A stretch of 64,000 nucleotides of DNA, taken from contig NC_043017.1 of assembly GCF_006345805.1 (NCBI RefSeq), positions 12,772,001 through 12,836,000 of the forward strand, in the 5' to 3' direction. The translations under genes and the position numbers were made by a program. Positions within the stretch are counted from its first letter, which is position 1. Every line of letters begins with the position of its first letter. Positions 23,621 through 36,847 of the stretch are shown piece by piece. Under the pieces are notes generated by a model. That model was not told the origin of the DNA. It saw nothing but the letters and a program-made list of their open reading frames with translations, and ran no database searches. The stretch comes from Octopus sinensis (Eukaryota).

Positions 23621-24701
23621 AACTGAAGTTGTTATAGTGGTAAGAGAAAAGACAGTGAGGAGAGGAGGAAGTACACATGAGGGCCAGAGATTGGAGTCTG
23701 TTAGTGTTCAACAATATTTTGATCAGTCAAAACACCTTAAGTAAACACCTGATGTTTTTAAGAATTAGAAAGAGGTTTCTTATTAAAAGAATAAAAGAAA
23801 ATAAAACTCCAGTAAGGGTTAGAAATGAGACTAAGCAACATTCAGGACTTGCTTGAGGATTCAAGTTTTAAATTAGATTATATATTCAACTGTGGATATG
23901 ACTTGTGAGGCAGTTGCCACAGTCGACTCCCTTCAGTGGATTAATACACAAGGAGACAATGTCCATGAGGTTTGTAGACCCTCAGACATGTGAGATTGAT
24001 GAAGTCAATGTATGGAGGAGAAATACATTTAAAAAAATTTTTTTTTTTATTCAGGCATGAAGGTGGTACCCATGACCCATTACAGAGCTTTCAAGGCTGG
24101 TAGGTAGGCAGAGGGAAGATATTCTCAAACCAAACACCTGGCCTCAATATATTTGCAATAACATGGACATAGGTAAAGGCAGTTACAGTACCAGGTGGCG
24201 GGGATTAGTCTTAAACCAAGTGACAGAATAAGTCTACCACCCAAAGAGGTCATGGCAGGATTTGAATTCAGGATGCAAAGAACCACAACAAACACCGTAA
24301 AGTATTCAATCCAACATTCTTAAAGTTTTGCCTCTACACAGCCTTGGGCTGCTACTTTTTATTCATCTCCCGAGACCATGGTGGGATTTGAACTCCACAT
24401 GTAAAGCACTAGAACAAGTACGACATGGCATTCTTTCCAACCTTCTAACAACAGACGATCATGTTGGTGTGCCTGTGTCGTTGTGATTTTAATTGAACCC
24501 CTGATGAGAAAAGCAAACTTTACCATGGCAGGATTTGAACTTGGAACAAGTATCGTGTTCTAATGATTGCATCATTCCATCACCAGGCTCAGAAAACAGG
24601 AAAACGGAAAAAATTTGCTCTCAACCAGAGAGCAAATCACAGTGTTCAGCTGGATGGTGTATTAGAAATACCACTCCAATCTTGCAGGTATGGGTTGTAA
24701 G

Positions 24702-25121
24702 GGAGGCGAGCTGGCAGAAACGTTAGCATGCTGGGCGAAATGCGTAGCCGTATTTCGTCTGCCGCTACGTTCTGAGTTCAAATTCCGCCGAGGTCGACTT
24801 TGCCTTTCATCCTTTCGGGGTCGATTAAATAAGTACCAGTTACGCACTGGGGTCGATATAATCGGCTTAATCCGATTGTCTGTCCTTGTTTGTCTTCTCT
24901 CTGTGTTTAGCCCCTTCTGGGTAGTAAAGAAATAGGTATTTCATCTGTCGCTACGTTCTGAGTTCAAATTCCGCCGAGGTTGACTTTGCCTTTCATCCTT
25001 TCGGGGTCGATTAAATAAGTACCAGTTACGCACTGGGGTCGATATAATCGACTTAATCCGTTTGTCTGTCCTTGTTTGTCTTCTCTCTGTGTTTAGCCCC
25101 TTGTGGGTAGTAAAGAAATAG
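24702..25121 (+). mobile_element. SINE family B dimer (186-bp second unit) with single TSD
   Basis: TSD aggtatgggttgta on both sides; junction aaagaaataGGTATTTC. Confidence 0.85.
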
Positions 25122-25423
25122 GTATGGGTTGTACACAGCATAAATGAAGTATAAAAGTGGAGTTATAAGGCTGAGACAATTTTTATTGAGGAGCAAGCTG
25201 CATAAAGACATGGCTTGTCATTAAGTGAGGCCACACTATGAAAAATTCAAGGTGATGGATGCAGACATGGCAGTGTGATAAGAAGATTGCTTCCCAACCA
25301 CATGGTTCTGGGTTCAGTTTCACTGTCTGACACTTTGGGCAAGTGTCTTCTCCTATAACATCCAAACTTTGTGAGTAAATTTTGTAGACGGAGACTGAAA
25401 CAAGCCTCTGTCTGTGTGTGTGC

Positions 25424-25492
<69 letters not shown>

Positions 25493-26174
25493 CACTGCTT
25501 AACAACCAGTGTTGCAGTGTTTACATCCCTGTGACTTAGCGGTTCAGCAATAGAGATCAGTAGAATAAGTACCAAGCTTAAAAGGAAAATAAGTACTGAG
25601 GTAGATTTGATCAACCAAAATTTCTCAAGGTGGCTGCCCCAGCATGGCCACAGTCTAATGACTGCAACAAGTAAAAGAGAACAGGAAAATTAGATGTGCC
25701 ATTCCGAAGGTCTCAGCGGTTGCAGGCTGCCCCAGACTGATTTCCTGAGAGAGTCTGCAGTGACAGTTATATATGCACACACATGCATACATATGCAGGT
25801 GTCCGCAGATGCATGTACCTACATGTACATGTTTCCATGACTGCATGCATGTGCAGGTCTTACTCATTTCAGTTATTAGACTGCGGCAATGCTAAGGTAC
25901 TGCTTTGACGACTTGGTCTAACTTTTCAACCCCAGGACTTTTTTTTTTGTAAAGCCTTGCGTTTATTCTATTGGTCTCTTTTGCTGAACTGCTAAGTTTC
26001 GGGTATGTAAAAACACCTACTCCAGTTGTCAAACACTGGGGAGTACAAACACATACACAAAGGCACAGACACGGCAGGCTTTTTTCAGTTTTTGTCTACC
26101 AAATCTCACAAAGCTTTAGTAAACCCAAGGATATAGTAAATGTTTTGCTTCCTAGAAGATCAAATTAGTAATGG

Positions 26175-26940
26175 GAGAAGATGTACAGAAAGTGTAGTAG
26201 CTAGAATAAGAATGGGATGGGGAAAATTCAGAGAGCTTTTACCCCTATTAATCAAAAGTCTCTCTTCAAGTGAAAGGAAGATTGTATGATGTATACAAAC
26301 AGCAATTTTATATAGTAGTGAGACATGAGCCCTGAATGCAAGGGCCATGCAAGGGCTAGAGAAGAATGAGGTTAGTATGCACCACTGATTGACAGACTGC
26401 AAGTGTATTGAGAGTGAAGTTAGACATAAGAGGAATTAGGTACAGTGTGCAAGAGAAAAGACTGTGCTGAGGTGCAGGTGGATGCCAACAGCTCGATAAG
26501 GAAGTGCCAATCTCTCAAAGCGGATGGAACTCATAAAAGAGGAGGAACCAGGAAGACATGGGATGAAGTACTGAAGGATGACCTCAGGACAACCTCAGAT
26601 GCTGAACATTTCAAATGAGATGTCAAGGGACCAAGATACTTGACACTGATCCATCTTCCACAGCAGAAGTGTTAAGGCCACTCCCTCTGGTGAAGGGGAT
26701 TAGTCCGCAAGAGTTCTGTGCAGGTGTCACGTAAAAGGCACTTGTGTTGGTGCCACGTAAAAGCACCAATGCCAGTGTCACATTAAAAGCTCCCAACACT
26801 CACTGTTGAGTGGCTGGTATTAAGAAAGGCAACCAGCTGTTAAAGCAGACCGGAACCTGGTGCAGCTTACCTGCTTGCCGGTTCTGGTCAAACTATCCAA
26901 CACCCAACTGATGTCGGCATGAAAAATGGATGTTAACGCC
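26175..26940 (+). mobile_element. Decayed RTE LINE 3' portion (ORF2 end plus 3' UTR carrying the gtggcacgtaaaagcac repeat)
   Basis: VVARIRMGWGKFRELLPLL...RKTWDEVLKDDLRT, then a UTR with 3 diverged repeat units; links the 63-bp VNTR unit to the LINE UTR. Confidence 0.75.
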
Positions 26941-27099
26941 ATAAATAAGATTGTCCGGAAAAAAAGATACAAAATACCAAAGCCTGTTAATATAGTCACT
27001 GTTGAAAGGAAAGGTAGGTAGAAAAGGCATTGATATTATTTCAAATAGGAAAAAAAAAAAATAAAATAAAAATAAAGGAGAGAGAACAGCAATACTTAC

Positions 27100-27288
27100 C
27101 ACCATGGTGCAGACATTGTGTTCCTTAATGGCTCCACAACAACCAAATGCAGCAATGAAGAACATAATAACGCCGACAACTATCAGCAGTATCGCCACCG
27201 AAGTCACCGGCGCATCAAAGAAATTCAAATACCCTGAGAAGTTGGTCTGTACTACAATGCCAACTGCGATCAGTGCTATTGCAGCAAT
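27100..27288 (-). CDS. CD63: CD63-like tetraspanin coding exon 2 (end of TM1, EC1, TM2, GCCGA motif)
   Basis: ttacag acceptor, GTAAGT donor; 189 nt; IAAIALIAVGIVVQTNFSGYLNFFDAPVTSVAILLIVVGVIMFFIAAFGCCGAIKEHNVCTMV. Confidence 0.95.
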
Positions 27289-28707
27289 CTGTAACAGAGA
27301 AAATATACATATTTTAATATAAATGAAACACTGAGATGTCATTAACTAGAAAGGACATTTGGGATGGGGAAAGAATTTTTAGTGGGGAGAGGAAACATGG
27401 CTGTGTGGTTAAGAAGATTAATTTGTAAACCCTTTGGTTTCAGGTTCAGTACTACTGAAGAGCACCTGACGTAGGTGTCTTCTATGGCCCCAAACCCACC
27501 CCAGTTTATGCTTTGTGAGGGAATTTGGCAAAGAGAAACGGTTCAGAGACCCGTTATATATACAAAGCACCCACTACACTCACGGAGTGGTTGGCGTTAG
27601 GAAGGGCATCCAGCTGTAGAAACACTGCCAGATCAGACTGGAGCCTGGTGCAGCCTTCTGGCTTCCCAGACCCCGGTCGAACCGTCCAACCCATGCTAGC
27701 ATGGAAAACAGACATTAAACGATGATGATGATGACATTTACATACACAAACACTGGTGTTGTAACTACATTAAAAGCACTAGTTCCACATAAACAGCACC
27801 CAGTACACTCTGTAAGGTGGGTTGGCATCAAGGAAATCCAGCTGTAGAAACCATGCCAGAACAGGCGCAGCCCCTAACCTTATTGGGTCCTGTCAAACTG
27901 TCCAACCCATGTCAGCAGTGGAAAATGGAAGTTAAATGATGTGTGCACACACACACACACGTTATGTAAGTGTTGTAAGCAAACCAACTGGTGTTGGTTT
28001 GTTGACATCTCCTTTACTTAGATTGGCAAAAGAGATCGATAGAGTAACTACCAGGCTTAACAAAAAGTACTGGGATTGATCTGATCAACACTACCCTTCA
28101 GGTTGGTGCACCAGCATGGTTTTAGTCCAATGAGTAAAACAAAATATTCAATCTTTTTCACTACCAACCCAACCAAAATTGCCTCTGGTTCTGTGATGCA
28201 AAAACCATGCATGTCCCCTGTGTGTGTGTGCACACGTGCGCTTATATTTGTGTTCTACAAAAGTCTTATGTGTGGTGCTGTTATTTGTCAAAATGTCTAT
28301 TTGCTCTGTACCTTCAAAGGAATATGAAATAAGAGACCCTGTACTTGGAAAAAAATATTTTAAATAAGGGTTAGCAGCAGGAAGAACATCCAGTTATATT
28401 CTCTTATTGCTGACTGAGGCCATGCAGGAGCACCACCTTAAAGAAATTAACCCCAGGACTTATTCTTTGTAAGCCTAGTATTTATTCTATCAGTCCTTTT
28501 GCCAAACCACTAAGTTACAGGGATATAAACACACCAACATGGGTTGTCAAGCAATGGTGAGGAGACCTGCCAAATCCACTCACAAGGCTTTGGTAGGCTT
28601 AAGGCTATAGATAACACTTGCCCATGATGCCATGCAGCAGGACTAAACACTGAACCATGTGGCTGAGAAGCAAGCTTCTTACCACACAGCTGTGCCTTAG
28701 TGTGAGA

Positions 28708-28802
28708 TGCTTACAGCACCGAGATTTCCCAAGTGGTCACCCATCTAAGTACTAACTAGGCTCAATGTTGCTTAACTTTGGTGATCAGACAAGAACCAGC
28801 AC
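28708..28802 (-). pseudogene. Decayed, 5'-truncated 5S rRNA-derived sequence
   Basis: Minus strand GTGCTGGTTCTTGTCTGATCACCAAAGTTAAGCAACATTGAGCCTAGTTAGTACTTAGATGGGTGACCACTTGGGAAATCTCGGTGCTGTAAGC aligns by eye to invertebrate 5S positions ~25-119, with box A/box C recognisable and CpG decay. Confidence 0.8.
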
Positions 28803-30452
28803 AATATCTGAATAACACCTCAATAACATTTTTTTATCTAACTCATGCTAGCATGGTGAAACAAACACAAAAAACCAAGGAACGAAGTAATATTTTAATC
28901 ATTTTGAAATGTAAAATAAAAAAAATTAAAATTCCAGCCAGGTTTAACCATTATTAGAGAAACTTCCTCCATTAAGGATAAACTTAAGTCTTGCCAAAAT
29001 AGCCATTGAAAGAATCCCTATTATAAGGCCAGGAATTTCGGGGGATGCTGGGAGCTAATGCGTAGCCGTATTTCGTCTGTCGTTACGTTGTGAGTTCAAA
29101 TTCCGCCGAGGTCGACTTTGCCTCTCATCCTTTCGGGGTCGATAAATTAAGTACCAGTTACGCACTGGGGTCGATGTAATCGACTTAATACCTATGTCTG
29201 TCCTTGTTTGTCCCCCTCTGTGTTTAGCCCCTTGTGGGTAATAAAGAAATAGGTATTTATTTTATCAATCCCAAAAGGTTGAAAGGCAAAGTCAACCCCA
29301 GCAGAATTTGAACCCAGAACATAGAGACAAACAAAATACCACTAGGTATTTTGCTTGGCATGCTAACAATTCTGCCAGCTCACTGCGTTAATCCTTATTT
29401 CAATATGCTACACTAGCATTAGCAGCATTTTGCCTGTCTTCAACGTTCTGAGTTCAAATCCCACCAAGGTCCAACTTTGCCTTTCGTCCCTTTCGGGGTC
29501 AATAAGATGAGTACCAGTTGCACACTGGGGTTGATGTATCAACTTAACCCCTCTTCTGAAATTGCTGGCCTTGTACCAAAATTTGAAACCAATACTATAC
29601 TGGTACTATAGAAAGGTAAAAAATTAGGATTAAAATCTTTCTTTTTTAACTCCTGTTATCAGCAGAGAAAAATGTTAACATATTTAACTCTTTAGCATTC
29701 AAACCAGCCATAACTGGTTCTGTTTTATGTTCAAACTTGTCAGAACCAGCCTATCACACCTACCCTACAATGTCATTCTAAAAATATCAAAACCATGAAG
29801 CTACGTGATGATAAATAAGCATTACATTTGCTAGAGTAATCCGAATACTAATGGGGCAATTGTTCAGGGGGAGGGGAGGTTTGAGCATATTCATTAGCAT
29901 AAGGTTTGAAGGAGGGACAAGACAGTAGAATGGAGATGCCACAAGCATTCAATTCAGCTCTAAAATCAAAACACTGGAAGAAACTTCAAAAAGCCAACAA
30001 CCCAACTAATCACTCCATAACATGCTCAATTCAAAAACCAGTTTGACCACAACGTAACCAGCACCAATAAGGATGACAAAAGACAAAATAAGAGATTAAT
30101 CCTCAAACATGGACCACCCAGCTTCTAAAGCAGTCCTAACTCAGTTATCAGATTGTCAAATATAATGCTTATTCAGACATAGACATGGATGCATAGTAAA
30201 ATGCTGGCTTTCTAACCACATTGCTCTGGGTTCTGTCCCACTGTGTGGCACTTTGGGCAAGCGTCTTCTACTATAGCCTTGAACTGACCAAAACCTTTTG
30301 AGTGGATTTGATAGATGAAACCTGAAAGAAGCCCACCACACAAATATATATACATATATATATATATTGATGGCTAAAACAATGTGAAGCGCATTGTGAC
30401 CAGCGATGTGTACCCACATCTGATAGTCTGGTCGGTCATGTGATCATGTGAT

Positions 30453-30517
<65 letters not shown>

Positions 30518-31342
30518 CTGTGTGTATCTTTGAGCTTGTCCCTCCAATACCACTTGACAACTGGTGTTGACGTGTATGTCCCCATAACATACAGTTTGGC
30601 AAAAGAGACAAGTCGAATAAGTACTAAGCTTTAAAAAATGTCCTGGGGTCAATCTGTTCAACTAAAAACCCTTCAGAGCAGTGCTCCAGCATGGCCGCAG
30701 TCAAATGACAAACAAATAAAGAAATAAAAGAATAGTTTTGAATTAAGCTTATCCCAGTTTCGAGACTTTGGTGATATTGATTTGTGATAGGAGTCAGAGA
30801 TATCTGGTGCCTTGCTGTACTCAAGAAGACCCATCCACCCAAGAAGAGTTGATAAACACCAAGCACATTTAATTGCAGTCTAAGAAAGCCTGCAAGAGTC
30901 ACAAGAACTACCATTCACCCCTCCCACAAGTATAAAAAAAAATCCCAAACCAAATCTCACAAAGCTTAAATCTAGGATTTAAAATAATCCTTTTGATGCC
31001 AGTTTAACAGACTTTTCTTCAGGTTACCAGGAAGCTTGGTAAGTTGTCATAATAAAATTGTCGTGCATGCACCAATCCGACCGTGGCCGATGCCAGCCTC
31101 GCATGGCACCAGTGCAGGTGGCACGTAAAAAGCACCCACTACACTCACGGAGTGGTTGGCGTTAGGAAGGGCATCCAGCTGTAGAAACATTGCCAGATCA
31201 GACCGGAGCCTGGTGCAGCCTTCTGGCTTCCCAGATCCCCGGTCGAACCGTCCAACCCATGCTAGCATGGAGAATGGACGTTAAACGATGATGATGATGA
31301 TTTTCCAAAACTACCATGGTTAAGACTACCATAAATAGACTT

Positions 31343-31672
31343 GGAGGCGCAATGGCCCAGTGGTTAAGGCAGCGGACTCGTGGTCGTAGGATCACGGTTT
31401 CGATTCCCAGACTGGGCGTTGTGAGTGTTTATTGAGCGAAAACACCTGAAGCTTCACGAGGCTCCGGCAGGGGGTGGTGGCGATCCCTGCGGTGCTCTTT
31501 CGCCACAACTTTCTCTCACTCTTTCTTCTGTTGGCCTGCTCACTTAGCCAGCGGGGTGGCATCATTTGAAGGCTAAAACAATGCGAAGCGCATTGTGACC
31601 AGCGATGTGTAGCATTGTTTTAGCCATGTGTAGCAACATCTGATAGCCTGGTCGGTCACAGTGATCACAGTG
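31343..31672 (+). mobile_element. SINE family C (tail type i) with 12-bp TSD
   Basis: Head GGAGGCGCAATGGCCCAGTGGTTAAGG...GGTTTCGATTCCC; TSD ataaatagactt at 31331-31342 and 31673-31684. Confidence 0.88.
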
Positions 31673-33379
31673 ATAAATAGACTTATTCCAATTAAAAAAT
31701 GAAAATTGATAATTTAACATTAGATTTTGGCTCGTTACAAAGAAAAAGTTGTTACAAAGTTGTTTTCTATTCTCACATTTCCATGGTTTTTCTATTCTTG
31801 AGGAAGTATTTATTCTATGGTTGGTGGAAGCACCTCCTGGATGAAACCCTTACTCAATTTAAAGGATTTAATACCACTAGTATTTGCGCGTCAACTTTCT
31901 GAGCTGCTGAACATATTGTTAACAAGAGTTGTGGCTGCTAAAGTGGGAACACACACGCGATGATGGCCTTCAGTAAACCTTCCATCGACCAAATTTCACT
32001 CACAAGGCCTAGAAAATACTTGCACAAAAGGCTACAAGATCAACTCATAGCCAGCCAGGGACCCAAAAAATGGTAATCCATGCCAAGTCGAGACAAAGCC
32101 AGAAAAAACTCTAGAAGTCTGAAGCACCACTGAAGTACAAATAAGTCGTCAGAACCTGGTGTAGGGATGAAAAAAAAACAAAAAAAAACAGCTATGCTTG
32201 TGTCAAGATTGCTTTTTCTTCAGTTGCAAATTGGTGATACTTAATATTTATGTCCCCTTTAAATATAGTTTTGATCTTAACTATTTCTACTACAATTGTA
32301 ACCAGACCAAATGATCAAAGGGATTCTAAATGCAGCCATCTTGCCCATTTTGTTTTTTTTGGTTTTTTTCAAACATTGTATCCACGATTACCTTAACCAA
32401 AGTGTTCCTAATGTGATCCAAGGGAGATTTCAGTTATTTCTCTTTGGCCAGACGATACCACAAACTGAGGAATATGGACTCCCACCTCTTCACTAGCAGA
32501 CAAAATTTTATCTGAGAACCATTCACCAACAGTTTTGGAAAACCCAAACAAAGGGAAACTATTTTAAGTCTTGGACCAAACAATAATTTAATAAAAATTC
32601 TCTAGGAATTTGTGAAAAGATTTTTCTTAGTTACAGAAGCACCACAGAAGGATTTTTCTTATACATTTATAACCGTTAGTACTGCAAAAAAATGGCATAT
32701 GACCTAGTGGATAGGCAACTGGGCTCTCAGTCATAAGGGCACAAGTTCAATTCACAGTCCAGGCAGTGAATTGTGTCAGATAAGACACTTCATATTGTTC
32801 CAGTCCACTCAACTGAAAAACTCGAGTGCTTAACCTCTTAGCATTTAAACTGGACATATCTGGCTCAAAATGTTCAAACTGACCAGATCTGGTCTCTCTC
32901 ACCTATCTAACAACTTCATTCAAAGCTTAATCACATCATTGAAATCTCAAAGCTACAATTAACTCATTTAAATCCGCCATATCCAGTCCATATGCTCTAC
33001 CTGTTTTATGGTGAGACTGGCCAAATCTTACCCCTTATACCTATCCTACAATGTCACTCCAGAAATAAACGACCACATCAAAGTTTGAAAACTATGAGGT
33101 AATGCTTGATTAATTGAAAACACTGAATAAATAAGCATTACATTTGACAGTAATCTGAATGCTAAGGGGTAATCTCAAAGCAATACAAATAAATGGGCAT
33201 TACGTTTGACAGAATAATCTGAAAGCATCCAAAGAATCTAAAGTTAAAGCCTGGCAAAATGATGGCCAATTAGCATCAAGTTAGCATTGAGTCAGTGACA
33301 GGGCCTCAAAACATTCAGGTTCAAAGAGTGACACATCCAACCATAGACAGCTATATCTTAAGATGCCCACCACATACAC

Positions 33380-33411
<32 letters not shown>

Positions 33412-34651
33412 AAGTGTGTGTGTGCGTGCGTGCAAGTGTGTGCGTTTGCATAAAAAATATGCTTGTGTAAATGTCTGCATATGAGCATGCAGTCAGGTGC
33501 AATTGTGTATGTGCATGTGAGTTCATGCATTTGTGCACAAGTGTGTGTGTGTGTGTGTGTGAATATGTGTATGCGTTTACATTTGCCCCTTTTCTGAATA
33601 CTGCAAGCTACAAATAGTGATGTCCCCCTCGCTACACCCATGTCAACAAACAATTCACTCACTTGATGCCTTTGAAGACCATGTAAATTACACAATCCTT
33701 TCCATGAAAAACAAGCAAGGGTGGATTAAACCACAGGAAAGGCAACCAGCTGTAAAACAGTAACTCGAAAACAATTCATCTGACCCCACATTAGCAAAGT
33801 GAATAAAAGACACACAACCTAACAATTAAAATCAGAAAAAGCAATTAACAAATCAAAATTATGGTCAGTGATCCAATGTCAAAAGAAAACTGTTGACAGG
33901 AGGATAAGGCACCCACAATTTTTTTCATTCGGGTGGAACATGCCAGCATGGAAAACAGATGTTAACCCTTTAGTATTTAAACCGGCCATCATCATCATCA
34001 TCATCGTTTAACGTCCGTTTTCCGTGCTAGCACAGGTTGGACGGTTCGACCGGGGTCTGGGGAGCCAGGGGCAGCCCCAGGCTCCAGTCTGATCTGGCAT
34101 TGTTTCTACAGCTGGATGCCCTTCCTAACGCCAACCACTCCGCGAGTGTAGTGGGTGCTTTTTACGTGCCACCTACACAGGTGCCAGAGGGGTCTGGCAT
34201 CGGCCACGTTTGGATGGTGCTTTTTATGTGCCACCGGCACAGAAGCCATTCGAGGCAGGGTTGGCATATCCGGCCAAAATATTTAATCTGTTTTATGTTC
34301 AAACTGACCAGATCCAGGCTCTCACACCTACCCTACAATGTTATTCTACATTAAGTAATTACACCATCAAGATCTTGAAGATATGAGATAATGCATGATT
34401 AATTCAAATAAATGGGAATCAATAGGCATTATGTTTGATTGAATAATCTGAACACTGAAGGGTTGAAGGATAGTGATGATGATTACACTAACATATCCCA
34501 ATTAGATTTATTTGAATTTCAAAACAGAATCTGGCATTGTAGGAATTATAACATGTAGGCGGGAAACCAGAATATAGTAACATCTTGTTTATATTTCATT
34601 CTCTCAGGACCCTAGTAGAAACTACCAAAATGTGGGTATATAAATAGACTT

Positions 34652-34960
34652 GGAGGCGCAATGGCCCAGTGGTTAAGGCAGCGGACTCACGGTTGTAGGA
34701 TCACGGTTTCGATTCCCAGACTGGGCGTTGTGAGTGTTTATTGAGCGAAAACACCTGAAGCTCCACGAGGCTCCGGCAGGGGGTGGTGGCGATCCCTGCT
34801 GTACTCTTTCGCCACAACTTTCTCTCACTCTTTCTTCTGTTGACCTGCTCACTTAGCCAGCGGGGTGGCGTCATTTGAAGGCTAAAACAATGTGAAGCGC
34901 ATTGTGACCAGCGATGTGTAGCAACATCTGATAGCCTGGTCGGTCACAGTGATCACAGTG
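34652..34960 (+). mobile_element. SINE family C (tail type i), duplicated together with its TSD and flank
   Basis: Same TSD ataaatagactt (34640-34651, 34961-34972) and same ~60-bp downstream flank as the 31343 copy. Confidence 0.88.
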
Positions 34961-35246
34961 ATAAATAGACTTATTCCAATTAAAAAATGAAGATAATTTA
35001 ACATTAGATTTTGGCTCGTTACAAAGAAAAATATTTGAAATAATTGAAATTATCTAACTTTTACTAAAAGAAAACCAGTCATTACTGTCTAGAAAATTCT
35101 TGTAAATTTCAGTTTTAATATATTTTATATACAAATGTTTCTTGAACTTTTACAAAAAGAGTGGTGACACTGACTTCAATGTTTTGGCTTGCTAGCATTC
35201 ATAGTCCCACAAAGCTAGCATGCCAAAACGTAAATCAATGTTGCCC

Positions 35247-35637
35247 TTACTCTTTACTCTTTTACTTGTTTCAGTCATTTGACTGCGGCCATGCTGGAAG
35301 CACCGCCTTTAGTCGAGCAAATCGACCCCGGGACTTATTCTTTGTAAGCCCAGTACTTATTCTATCGGTCTCTTTTTGCCGAACCGCTAAGTGACGGGGA
35401 CGTAAACATACCAGCATTGGTTGTCAAGGGAAAAAACACAGACACACAAACATACACACATATATATATATATACATATATATTCTTTCAGTTTCCGTCT
35501 ACCAAATCCACTCACAAGGTATTGGTCGGCCCGGGGCTATAGCAGAAGACACTTGCCTAAGATGCCACGCAGTGGGACTGAACCCGGAACCATGCGGTTG
35601 GTTAGCAAGCTACTTACCACACAGCCACTCCTGCGCC
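35247..35637 (-). mobile_element. SINE family A
   Basis: Full head and tail, reverse orientation. Confidence 0.88.
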
Positions 35638-35893
35638 CTTCTAGTGAAAATTTAATAAACTTGTATTCTACTAAAAAGCATTGAGTAAATTCTTCAGTTT
35701 AAATAGCATTTATATATAACTTGACAAAAGAAAAACACAAACATCAATTCATACATGAGAGAGAGAAGGGCATGGTTAAGAAGGTTTACTTCAAAAGAGC
35801 TCAGTCCCATTATATGGTGCCTGTCTTTGCAAGTGATTGTGATGGATAATGGTCAAAGCTATTCGAACCACAACCTGATTTTATTTAAAAATA

Positions 35894-36084
35894 GGCGCAG
35901 GAGTGGCTGCGTGGTAAGTAGCTTGCTAACCAACCACATGGTTCCGGGTCCAGTCCCACTGTGTGGCATCTTGGGCAAGTGTCTTCTGCTATAGCCTCGG
36001 GCCGACCAAAGCCTTGTGAGTGGATTTGGTAGACGGAAACTGAAAGAAGCCTGTCGTATATATGTGTGTGTGTGTGTATGTATG

Positions 36085-36121
<37 letters not shown>

Positions 36122-36305
36122 TTGTCCCCCGAGCATTGCTTGACAACCGATGCTGGTGTGTTTACGTCCCCGTCACTTAGCGGTTCGGCAAAAGAGACCG
36201 ATAGAATAAGTACTGGGCTTACAAAGAATAAGTCCCGGGGTCGATTTGCTCGACTAAAGGCGGTGCTCCAGCATGGCCGCAGTCGAATGACTGAAACAAG
36301 TAAAA
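35894..36305 (+). mobile_element. SINE family A
   Basis: Full-length, inverted relative to 35247-35637. Further copies at 36653-37064(+), 38177-38577(-) and ~41200-41670(+). Confidence 0.88.
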
Positions 36306-36810
36306 AAAAAAAAATGAGTTATGATGAGGGAGATATACTAACTACACAGTGGAATTTGATACATGGACACACTGCTCAAGTTTGTTTCTGCATGCAATCA
36401 AGCTATTTTCACTAAATAACTGTAACTGATATACACTATATCACTTGCTATGTAGATAGTAATGTATGTATGTATTAACATTTTGCATACAAAAAAAAGA
36501 ATTTAAATATTAGAAAGCTTCAATGTAAACACATTAGCTCATATCATTTAGCATTGGGTATTTTCCATGCTAGCAGGAATTGGAGAAGAGTATGTTTGAA
36601 GCAGCATTCTCTTCACATTACAACTAACTTACACATTTTTCAAATAATGCTAGGCGTGGCTGTGTGGTAAGTAGCTTGTTTACCAACCATTTGTTCCGGG
36701 TTCATTCCCACTGCATGGCACCTTGAGCAAGTGTCTTCTACTATAGCCTCGGGCTGACCAAAGCCTTGTGAGTGGATTTGGTAGACAGAAACTGAAAGAA
36801 GCCCATCATA

Positions 36811-36847
<37 letters not shown>

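Noticed and set aside
26893-27342. 149-aa single-exon tetraspanin ORF from the track
   Set aside because: Only 27100-27288 is exon; the flanks are intron read-through across canonical splice sites
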